This document shows, one piece after another, positions 1 through 11,398 of a DNA stretch of 64,000 nucleotides (positions are counted from its first letter, which is position 1; the number at the start of each line of letters is the position of its first letter). A program made the position numbers and the translations under genes. Below the pieces are notes generated by a model, which worked only from the letters and a program-made list of their open reading frames with translations, did not search any database and was not told the origin of the DNA. Source of the DNA: Trichoplax sp. H2 (lineage: Eukaryota). The stretch covers positions 124,001 to 188,000 of the forward strand of contig NOWV01000114.1 of the NCBI GenBank assembly GCA_003344405.1. The letters run 5' to 3'.

Positions 1-2217
1 CTCATTCCGGCGTTAAGCTTTGCCGCTGGACGAAGGTGTTAACAACTGAAAAACTTATTAGAAAATCTTTAGATATTTTAGTCTTCAAAATTATTATACA
101 GTATATCGGCTCTTTCGTAATTAATTAGTTTAACTTGAAGACTTCAATTGTTTTCTGCAGTCAATGTTACGAGGACGGGGTGGTTGCTATAAGCATACGT
201 TTTATGGAATTGAGAGTCACAGATGCATGGAAACAACGCCCAGTCTTGCTTGCGCAAATAAATGTGTTTTTTGTTGGCGTCATCACACGAACCCAGTTGG
301 TACTGAATGGCGATGGAAAATGGATGACCCAGAAAAAATCTTTAATGAAGCACTTAAAAATCATTATGGCTTGATAAAGCAATTCAAAGGCAAGTTAGGA
401 CATTTAAGAATTCGCACTATAATTTTATTTTGTAAGCATAACGGAAAAAATCTCACGGATTTCTTAGGCGTTCCAGGGGTACAAACAGAAAGATTCAAAG
501 AGGCCATGGAAGTTAAACATTGTGCTTTATCTTTAGTCGGTTAGTATAGAAGTAAATTTGCAGTTGCTTACATTGTAAATTAATGTTGGGCTTTCTTTCT
601 GAAACACGGTAGGAGAGCCAATAATGTATCCAGAAATAAATAAATTTATTGAACTTCTACATGGAAAGGAAATTTCCAGTTTTCTTGTGACTAACGCACA
701 ATTTCCAAATGCTATTAGGTTAAAATCATTACTATATTTTACTAGATGTAATGTAGTCTTATTTGATCGTCAAAGTAATACTACACGGTATCATGATTAA
801 CGAATTATAAATATTTCTGAATATATAAATATTAATAGAGATCTTACGCCCGTAACGCAATTGTATGTGAGCGTAGATGCCAGTACTAAAGAAAGTTTGA
901 AAAAGATTGATCGGCCGCTATTTAAAGACTTTTGGCCTCGATTTCTTAAAAGCCTTTCCGCCTTATCAGAGAAGGTTCTACAATGCGAAGGAATTGTTTC
1001 GATATAATCATTTACATTCGCAAATTTTATGAATTTAGGGTCAACGGACAGTTTATCGATTAACTCTCGTGAAAGCGTGGAATGCTGAAGAAATTGAGGC
1101 ATATGCAAATCTTGTCGGGTACGGGAATCCAGATTTTATCGAGGTTAAGGTAAGAGGGGAGACGACAGCTGTTCTCTTATATCTTGTGACAATTTTATAG
1201 GATTATAGATCTACGTTCGGTTAGTTTAGACCTTGCATATGTCACTGTAGTAACTAGATATAACTATATTAAACAATATTTTTCATAAAAAATATTTCTT
1301 ATTTACTAATAGGGAGTAACATATTGCGGCGAATCAAAAGCTTCTAAGCTAACAATGGAAAATATTCCTTGGCATCAAGAAGTAAGATAGCTTGATTCTT
1401 TAACATCTTATTATGCTTCCTCACTATTTTGGAATGCTGTACAAATCCAAAACCTCCTGGTTTTTTAGGTTTTATCATTTACAGACAAATTAGTTGATAA
1501 TCTTCCGGAATATGAAATTGCTTGCGAGCACGAGCATTCAAATTGCGTTCTGGTTGCACATAAGAAGGTAGACTACCTAGTACTGTTTAATTAATAGAGT
1601 TTTCTATATAGCAAAGCGAACATTTTGTGCTATGGAATGTTGTATCGTGAGACATAGCACATAATTCTAAAAATTTGATAGATGATAATACGGTGTTTAT
1701 GTACACAACCATCGTTTAGTTGCATATATCCAATAATTTTAGCGTTTAAGAATTGTCCCACTCATCGAGATATATTCATAATCACATATTTGACTTTTAT
1801 TTAACAGTTTAAGGTTCATGGGAGATGGCACACTTGGATTGATTACGCGAAGTTTCATAAACTGGTTTGAGATAATAATAGTTCTTAATAACAAGTAGTC
1901 AAACATACTACTGTATTTTTATTAAAGATTCTGTGATTAGTAATAATTAGTCTGATTGTATAAAGTATATATTGTCTATATTATTTCAATAGTCTTGTTT
2001 AGTCATGCTAATTCTTATTATAGTTAGAATTGTTACTAATTCTCCAATAATTTAGATTGCTGAATTTGCCTCCAATGGAGGTAAGAATTTCGACGCAAGT
2101 GATTATATGGCATTGACACCTGACTGGGCTGTTATCGGGCACCCAGCTCACGGATTTGATCCAGTGGAAACAAGATGGCATAGAAAGAAAAATAATAAAG
2201 ATATTGGTGGTTGTTGA
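1..2217 (+). CDS. TYW1: tRNA wybutosine-synthesizing protein 1 (radical SAM), 3' portion; multi-exon, 5' end lies before the window
   Basis: Spliced translation gives HSGVKLCRWTK / MLRGRGGCYKHTFYGI..CANKCVFCWRH (CxxxCxxC radical SAM motif) / LSLVGEPIMYP / VTQLYVSVDA / GQRTVYRLTLVKAWN / CEHEHSNC / ..KDIGGC*. Exons ~1-35,161-389,468-539,613-718,839-974,1039-1149,1313-1381,1469-1567,1808-1864,2056-2217. Confidence 0.96.
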
Positions 2218-3033
2218 ATAAGTTTGTAGTGTTGTCTTTTAATCTTATTCTTAAAATCGGAAAATGTTAAATTTTTAAGGAAATAGGATGTTCAATTCAT
2301 TAATGTATCTCATGTTTCGAATTATATAGGCACTTTGCATTTATACTGAAATTTTTCTGATTTTTTGCTATTGTGTAAATACGCTTGTGCTGATAAGGGT
2401 CATACGAGTATAATATTATTCTAAGAATTTTGTAAAGAATAATGCAACTTATAATCCCTAAATATATATCCGAAAATAGTACCAGTTAAATTGTGAAATT
2501 TTTATCTCATGAATCCTTGATTGAACAATGTACGATAGCTATGGAGATATATACACAGCTTGACTAATTTACAGTTATATTCATGACTTGAATTTGTAGT
2601 AATCTTACGCTATAAACTAGATGCTTTTGTATCTAATGTATAAGGATCCAGAATAGCAATGTCATTTTGGAAACTAGATGGCATCCAAAAAATTACCCTA
2701 TAGCTAAAGTACGAAACTTGGAATTTTCAATCTGTAAATGCTAATGTGGTATATATGTGCGAGATTAGAGTTGATGAATTTCATAAAGAAAATAGATGGT
2801 AAAACTAAGTAATTGGTTAATATTTTAATCGATTTGCGTAGATAAGGATTGGATTGTATGCACAGTAGACTATTATCCATGTTTAGCATAGTGTTCTATA
2901 TACCGTAAACTTATCGTATATGGGGTTAAGTACTGTAAATTACATATGAGTATATAGGAAAATAATCATCATGTGATATAAACATAGGCTAAAGACGCAA
3001 ATATAGCGCAAATATAGTGATTGTAACTAAATC

Positions 3034-3124
3034 GAGTACGGTATAAAGTTACTGAACCTCGTAAAAGATGTTAAATGAGCACATTATCGTAAACCGTCAG
3101 TAAAGCGACGGGAGTTTGCACTAG
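3034..3124 (+). mobile_element. Helitron 3'-terminal fragment (non-autonomous), copy 1
   Basis: aaagttactgaacctc..gttaaatgagcacattatcgtaaa CCGTCAGtAAAGCGACGG gagtttgca CTAG|T: subterminal hairpin followed by CTAG and host T; near-identical at 39304-39359 and 57811-57866. Confidence 0.75.
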
Positions 3125-3370
3125 TTGTATATAAAATCAGTTCATAACATGCGGTACAATTTCGCCAAAAATTTAAATTTTAACTCATCTGTAATACAGT
3201 AACTTGACTAATAAGTGCGAGAATGCTATTAGATTAATAGAACGATAGGTTTAATATTTTCAATCATCAAGTTCGATATTGTAAAGAAGATATATAAATT
3301 CGTAAGTTCTAACAGTAATGATATTAGAAGAGTAACACTAGAGTATGCTTTCTTGATAATGATCAATATT

Positions 3371-5979
3371 TTACAGAACATTTTCAGATAATAAATAAGA
3401 ATTTAGTTCATTCATTTCATTCCCTAATAGTTTCGTAACTCTGATAGCCTCATTGGCTTCTTCACCACCAATTTCCTCTAGAGCGATTAAGGCAGCTTCT
3501 CTTACATGAGATATAGGGTCATTACGCCTTAAAACATACAAAGGTACAGAATCATAATAAGATTTGGCTTTGTAATAATTCGTAGATATCCCAATTCAGA
3601 GTTGCTTAATGTTAATGAAGGTATTTAATATTGAAAACTTTTACAATATTAAATTGCACACGTACCATCGATTTAATATGTTTATGATTGAACTTTCTGC
3701 CTTCATATGTCCCAAAGATAAGCAGGCGCTTTCACGAACCAGCCGATCTTCATCTTGAAGTAACAATATTAGTTTATCGATATGTTTCTTACTTTTAACA
3801 CCTGTTCTTGCTAGTGCTATGGAGGCAATAGCACGAATATTCGGATCTGTATCATCGAGAAGATCTGCTAGCGCGGAAATTACTATTGGTGTTTGATATT
3901 TTCCTAAGATTTTCGGAAATTGCGTTGTTTAGCGTAAAATGAATCTTAAATTTTTTGCTAATGTTTTAAACTGGAATTAGGTAGAAATTAAAATTTTACT
4001 AAGAGTCATCCTGCTGATTCCTGAAAAATGTTTAATACCCATACCTAAATTTTCAACTGCTGCCATGCGAACTGTCGACTCCATATTGAATACTTCATGT
4101 ATTGCTAAGCGACTAGCAACTTGATTGCTTACACAGCTCAAAAATTTATGTGGCTTTGACCAATTTTTACCACAAAAGGCGGTAAACTCTTCTTTACGAA
4201 TGACATCTTTTTTAGTAAAAATATCTTTCCAAATCACTCCTTGAAGCAACCATTCTTGACGATCATCCGGATAATCGCGCTTTAAAACGTCATGGTAATC
4301 GCTCACAAACGCCTTTCTAAATTCAACCCATGTTGTCTCTTGCGCTTGAAAATGGCGATCCCAAAAATTTACTGCCGTGACAAGACTCGACTTAGCTAAA
4401 TTTTACATCAAATGTATTATATTATTTATTTCTTTTCCATATAAGAAATATTATTAATTTAAGAGTAATATAGTAACAATTAATAAAGGTGTAGAAATTA
4501 GTTCACTATCGTAATTTTGTTAATAATTAACATGAAAACATCGATTTCTTATTTTGCTGGAAGCCTACCACTACTCATGGATGAATGTTGTACTGTAGAT
4601 GCAGTTTCTTCTTGAAAATTAAATTGGTCATCTTCGATAAATGATGCTCTTCGATTCTCCAAAATTTCATCATGTGAGCTTATTTTCCTAATTTCTCGTT
4701 TTACGCCCTCTAAAACTGTTGCATATTCCTTATCATAGCGCTCTTTTTTGCAAAAGAATACCCAGTTCAGTTTGGACAAAGTTAACTTTCTGAATAGAAA
4801 GTGGACAAGAATCATGACATAAGTCATTAATTTATTAATTTTCCCGCATTTTAAGTCATGTTACAGTAAATCTTTTACATACGTACAGGGCAAAACCCAT
4901 TTCTTGATTGATTTCTCTGAAATACCGTAAAGATAACGGTACTATAGGTTTGTTCGAGATATAGGCAAGAGAGACTTCATCCACTTTTGCTTTATTCTTA
5001 ATGTATGATATACTGAGTACTACTATTATCACCTGAATTCATTATCAAAACAATGATATGCATCAGTGCAGCGATGTAAGGATATACGTAAATTTATTTT
5101 ATTTACGATCGTGACCAATTTCAATATACTAATTAAAGCTTTTAGATCTTGTATAATTTATTTGCAACATTTTAGAAACTCGTGCTATGATATACTACTG
5201 TAATTATTAGAAAAATATCGTTTTCAAAACGCAGTATACCTATCACTATATGTGAGTGTCTAACATTGTTACCTTTGCGTTTACAATTGCTTTGCCTTTA
5301 TCGGTATTATCTTTTAACTTTTCGCTACCATACCTAAGATGCCAAAATTTAAGGCCATGATTCCGCAAATAAGCTATAAAGTAATAAAATAAAATAAACA
5401 TAATCAGTTCTATTCAAAAGAAAATTAGAATCAGATGTTATAGTAAAAAGAAATCGTCACTTACCAGTAATTGAAGTTACAATTTCTGTATCATCAGGGC
5501 TGTAACTAATGTAGATATCATAATCTACTTCATTTGATTGTTTATAAGCTGTGCTTGTGTCTTCAAATGAATCCAAAGTTATACTAGTATTTATATCAGT
5601 CGCTTGCAGTTGGTTATCTCCGTCCTTCAAATTTTTATGACGAAATTTTAAAATTGGATACTTTTCTTTAGCAGCTATGCTAGTACAGAGTCTACAGACC
5701 TCTTCGCGTGGGTCTTTAGAGGTTATCGCTTGATTCTTTACTTCTGGAAATTCCGTATCTGTTTACAGTATACCACAAGTGGGCATACAATGAATGTCCC
5801 GACATTAGTAATGGTAATCTGTATGAGATTAAAATTTACTGTAAATTTATATTACATATATATATATATATATATATACACTACGTTGCTAATAACAGAT
5901 ATCGTAACCGACCTATTACAGGTGATATACCATTATTTACATTTTTACGGCTAGAGCCACAAGAAGCAATTGATCCCAT
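3371..5979 (-). CDS. TIR-domain + EF-hand-like + HEAT-repeat protein, paralog A (~524 aa, 8 exons, MGxxxS N-terminus)
   Basis: Exons 5979-5913,5758-5465,5373-5273,5032-4887,4789-4569,4395-4045,3903-3666,3527-3371 join in frame (1575 nt). MGSIASCGSSRK..; TIR: YDIYISYSPDD..KAIVNAKVIIVVLS..KVDEVSLAYISNKPIVPL; HEAT: ALADLLDDTDPNIRAIASIAL, LLQDEDRLVRESACLSLG, RNDPISHVREAALIAL. The first exon is less certain than the rest. Confidence 0.85.
5856..5878. repeat. (TA)n microsatellite in intron 1 of TIR paralog A
   Basis: atatatatatatatatatatata. Confidence 0.9.
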
Positions 5980-6659
5980 GTCCTCGACAACAATACTGTA
6001 TCTGTATCGTAATTGCTCACAAGAGATGCAGTATTTGATTAAAAGAAAAGAACTAAAGGATCAACACAATATTACTGTATACAACATTTGAAAGTAGGGC
6101 TGTCGTTCGTTAATAACGTAAGAAGTAACTACCTTAAATTCGTTAACAATACAGTATTAGTATGCAATGCACGGATAGCGGCAACGACTAATTTTTACAA
6201 GAGTATTTGACCAGTATTAAACTACTGTAATTAGTTAAAGTGTACGTAGTCCGGACCGTTACCATGGTACTGTAACTGTATCGGCAAAAAAGATAAAAGA
6301 AGGAGAAAACAGGAAACGTTTGCTGGATCTCATACAAAAGTATTACAGTACAGTATACAGTACTGAACGTTCTGTAGAAGTCCTGACTGAGGTGATTACG
6401 GTGGCCGAGGTGGGCCAAATGCTCTCTTGCACAATCTATAGTATTGTATTCATAGTACTGTCACCTTCTTTAACTGTCAGCTGCCTTCTTTTAACACCTC
6501 GGCCACCGTAGATTTTACATAAAGTATTTCGTAAATTAATTGATTTATCACTCGTTATTTCTTTGCTATCTAATAAAGTATCTAAAGCCGTGCAACACTG
6601 TACAGTGCAATCAATCTATCTATTAGTTATTGTTAGCTATCTAAAGATTATAAAACAAA

Positions 6660-9600
6660 ATGGCAAGTAACGTGCCAGAGCACAAACATCTGGACGTAAT
6701 GATTAGCTATAGCAGGGTTAACCAAAACGTTATGAGAAAATTGAAAGGTGAATAAACAAGTAATTCTTGACTAAAATGATACAGAAAATGACTTACACAT
6801 AACAAAATATAATATTGTAAACTTTAGTTTGCTAATATGTATCTATCTATTTCATATTACTGAAACCTTAATTGTTACAGTAAATTATGAGCTCCCTAAA
6901 CAATATTTTCTTAATACCGTACAAGTACTGTATATTTTAATTGACTGTAAAATACAATAATACCTTAGAAGCAAGAATCCAATAGCTTGGCACAGTTTCA
7001 TTTCATAAATACTGTACATACGTCTTAACATATCTGTTATAGTTAATCATTTTTAATGACTAGTAACAGGCAACTATCAAGAAATGTACGTTGTGCTATT
7101 ATTAAGTAATGGTTAATTAGGATTGATTATAATCATATGTAATTATAATATGTAAACATGTTAATGTACTAGTATGTTTTCTTCTTGCTAATGGACTACA
7201 CAGCAAAATTATATTTATTTTTATCAACTGATCTCAACGCTTTTTATAAATGGCCACGAATCGTATCAGTAAAATTGTTTCGGTTGAAAATTAATTTCAT
7301 GAAACTCGGAAGTTCCATAAATTACAACTACGAATGCTCCAGCTTAAACAGATAATCTAGTCATTATGAAAATAAAACGTACATTTATTGATAAATTTTT
7401 TCTTTTAGCAATGAACTATTACTTAATTATCCAGGACCAAGTTTACGCTATATACGCATACGCATATATTTTTATATATAAAAATATTTCATGAGTCTTT
7501 GTGAACAATTTAGCTTGCTAATCTATTATCACTTCAATTGAAGGTATGTCGTAGCACCAATGCTAGAAGTAATTAAGAAATTATTGTTTTTTCCGATTTA
7601 TTAATATTTGAATTAAACTTATTTTTGCTTACAGACTTTTTGATTGAGAATGGCTTAAAGGTATGGGTAGATGAGATTGGCCTTGAGGCAGGATCAGAAT
7701 TTCTGAACATAATAGGGCAAGCAATTGTTGACGCTAAGGCAAGTCGATGTAAAATCAAATGAAAACATTTTACTAGCAATTTATAGCTGCATCTTAGCAA
7801 TATGTGAGCTAGAAATAAACTTACGTCTCTAAATTACCCATAAAGTCCTGACTCTTCCGTTTATAGATTTCATACTTTCTAAAATATCTACCCTTTACCC
7901 ATACCCTTACTTAATCAAAAAAGTATATTATAATTTTACCCAATCATCACCTACGTATTATAGAAGGAGCTATCTTCTAATCCGTAGCTGGCTTTTGATC
8001 TATACTAGCCCTAATCTGGCAGTGACCTAATTTTATATATCTTCGCTAACGTAAGCTGCTTTCCCTTTAGGCCTTTCTGATTATCTTAAGTAAGAATTCA
8101 GCTACATCGAAGTATTGTAGGGATGAATTGGCATTAGCCTATATTTCTAACAAGCCAATTATTCCCGTAGCTCTCGAAAAGAAAAGTGAGATTTTATCTG
8201 TTCTTGAATTTGGCATGTAAGTTATATATTTTAATATATGTGCTAGTAAATATTTTTTTGTAACTGCACAATGTAACTGTATTTTTCTGCAAATTTGAAA
8301 TGATATAAATTTTTTACAATAGATTTATGTAATTATTCTTTGTTACATACTAAATGATTACGATACATTTGAGTTCGTTAAATGGTTTAATCTTACTGGA
8401 TTGTCATTTCTCACAGGAAACTAACTTTAGCTTCTATGGAATGGATATCTTTAGCTGATGATATGCAATTTGATCAGCAATTAAGCAAAATTATAGCAGC
8501 TGTTAACACATTCATCGGCGATACTGATGTGAGTGAACATAACAATAACTCGGTAAAAAGCCAAGATCGTTTAGTGAATAGACAGATTTCAAAACACAAG
8601 AAGTTATTTCATGACCATGAAGAAAAAGACTTTATCAGAGCTGGTGAAAAATTTATTGAATTTTTAAAAGATTATTATCGTATGGAGGATACAATACCTT
8701 GGACACTTTTTGAACAAAAATTTTATGAAATAAATGGACCAGAATTAGAAAAATTGTGTAGTTTTGACAATGAGGGTTGGTTGCTAGGAGTTTTATATCG
8801 TGAACTAGAGGTGCTTGAAGCAAATGAAAATGTTACTAAACAACAGTTGCTAGCATTTACAGATAATAATATAGATATATTTTGGGAAAACGTAGAAGAA
8901 CAAGCGATACAAAGCTATGCAATGAGAGAAGTATTTAATATGGATTCCTCTGTTAGAATTCCAGCGATTATGAATTTATGTAAGTTGCAATAAACAAAAC
9001 ACAAACAATTCAGTAGTTCGTACGATCAGTAGTAATAAACTCATATCAAAAGTTTGTATTACAATGTAGCTATAGATTGTTTTTCCAAATTGATCAGTTA
9101 GCTTGTCATTTTAGCAAAGATTAAAAGCCCTGCAGTCATGGAGGCATTATCTGATCTGCTAACGGATAAAGATCCTAATATCCGATCAGTCGCTGCCATA
9201 TCACTTGGTCGACTTGGAGTGCAAAACAATCTTAGAATTACAAGAAGATTGATCAATTTACTTAATGACAGTGATAGGCTTGTTCGAGAGGCTGGCTGTC
9301 TAGCTTTGGGACATATGAAAGCTCAACCCGCTGTTCGAAAGCTCGTTAAACTTTGGTAAGAGACTTAGGGTATTAGTACTTCTTTATCTTGCAGTAAGTT
9401 GATATACGACCAATTGTTGATATATCAATCTTATAAGCTATACGTTCAACCGACTTATATGTGATTTCATAACTACAGTAATGACTATAAAGGACCATAT
9501 ACATCTATACAAGCAGAGTTGATTATTTCAAAATATCGCTATCTTAGTAAGCGAGAGAAATTTATTTAGACTGTTCACTTAGGTCGAGACCTAAAAAGTG

Positions 9601-9878
9601 CAGTACTTAATATTTTATTATTATCACACCACAGATTCATGTTCTTAAAATTATTCCTATCTAGAACCTTGCACTTCTTTTTTAAAAATATTCCAACTTT
9701 AAGTTGTATCATTACATTGTATATTTCCAGGCGTAATGATACAATTTCTCATGTTCGTGAAGCAGCTCAATGTGCACTAAAACGCATAGGAGGTGAAGAA
9801 GCTGAGAAGGCCTTACATATTACCAAAGTTTTAACCGAAGAAATAAGAGCATTAACTACTAAAAATAATACCAACTAA
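6660..9878 (+). CDS. TIR-domain + EF-hand-like + HEAT-repeat protein, paralog B (~429 aa, 6 exons)
   Basis: Exons 6660-6747,7635-7738,8071-8216,8417-8979,9115-9355,9731-9878 join in frame (1290 nt). TIR_2-like: LDVMISYSRVN..GLKVWVDEIGLEAGSEFLNIIGQAIVDAKAFLIILSKNSATSKYCRDELALAYISNKPIIPV; HEAT: ALSDLLTDKDPNIRSVAAISLG, LLNDSDRLVREAGCLALG. Confidence 0.9.
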
Positions 9879-10739
9879 GAAGTTACTTAAAATTTTCATT
9901 CCATACTCAGAGCCCACTGTTTTCTTGGAGATTATTCTAAAATTTTATATAATTTTTATGTTACTTATTCTACGTGCTTGGACTATCTATAAACTTATAA
10001 ACTGGGACAACCCTTAGTCAGATAGAGATTGTTATAGCAGTCAAAGAATGGCTCAACAGCACTTAAACTACGCATATAAATCAGAACATTTATCCCAAAC
10101 ATTTATTAGATACCCCGGATTCAAGCCCAATATAGATTTCTATTATTACACGGTGATTATGCTGTTTTATTAAGCCACCTTAGAATGTGTGCATCACATT
10201 GCTAGGGATAACTTATGTTACGCTAAACTATAATAAATTAATCGACTGATTACAAATGTTTGATGTCAAGTATGTGACGCACATTTAATAAACTATCCAG
10301 TAAGCATGAAAACACAGTCATTATATTACTAATTGTAATCAATTCAAGATACAGTAGGTGTTTTTTTAAACCTAGGATAGGCCTAAATTCCTGCAATGCA
10401 GCTGCAGTGAAAGAACCGAAAGTGAAAGTAATTCTTTGAAGCTGTATCTTATTACGGACTGCTAATAAATGAATTAACGAGCACTAGAATGGGGTGCTCA
10501 CTATTCTACGGAATGGTAGGTGGCACATGATAACACAAGTCAACGACTTAAAAAAATAATATGCTGTTTGCGTTTTCTTTTAGATTGCTAGCTTTATAAA
10601 TATAATAGTAAATGAATAAATTTAATATTGCTCTCTTGTAGTCTTGACAAGACACATGGTAAATCTTCAGTTCATTATATGATTTTCTTAAGCAATGGTA
10701 CGCACTGGTGAAACAGCTTTACAGACAGTCCATGGTAAA

Positions 10740-11280
10740 TCAGTACAGTATACGCCGCCTAACGATTACAGAGAGTACAGTACAGTACAGTACTATACAG
10801 TAATTTGTATTCTTGTGGACATACAGTACAGTAATTGCGCTGTACACTGTACAGTCCTGTAGTCAAAGAAGAATCATAGCAGATAGCAAGGACCACTCAA
10901 GTAACAATGTTACACCTTTTCCACCGTCTACCTTCTCAGTACATAGAAGACGGAAGGGAAGGAGAGGAGTAGAAGGTGGAAAAATGGTAAAATTCATTAT
11001 TTGAGTAGTCCCTCCAGATAGCCCTGAGATAGGTATTCCATAATTACAGTACGCGACTGTACTGTAGAATCCACGGTAGCGTACAGTACTTCGCATTTTG
11101 TACTGTACTGTACTGTACTGTACAGTACTGTACTTGACAATACTACAGTACAGTATACTGTACAGTACTGTACAGTACTGTATAATCTATACAGTAATAC
11201 TGTACAGTATACAGTACTGTACTGTACTGTATGGTACTGTACTGTACATTACAGTACAGTAAAGTACAGTACAGTATTTC
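10740..11280. repeat. TACAG/CTGTA degenerate pentamer tract upstream of the GAS2-like gene
   Basis: Dense tacag/tactg/ctgta units, densest at 11100-11280. Confidence 0.85.
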
Positions 11281-11398
11281 TAGTTCTCTTTGGGTGCAAA
11301 TCATCGTGTACTGTATAAAAATTAAATTTAATTTTATATACTATTTAATAAACGATAATTCGCGGTCATGTTATGTTGTTGGGTTTTTAACTGTCAAT

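Noticed and set aside
3371-9878. Bacterial Thoeris-like operon, contamination or recent horizontal transfer
   Set aside because: Both genes have multiple spliceosomal introns at shared positions and sit among typical animal genes.
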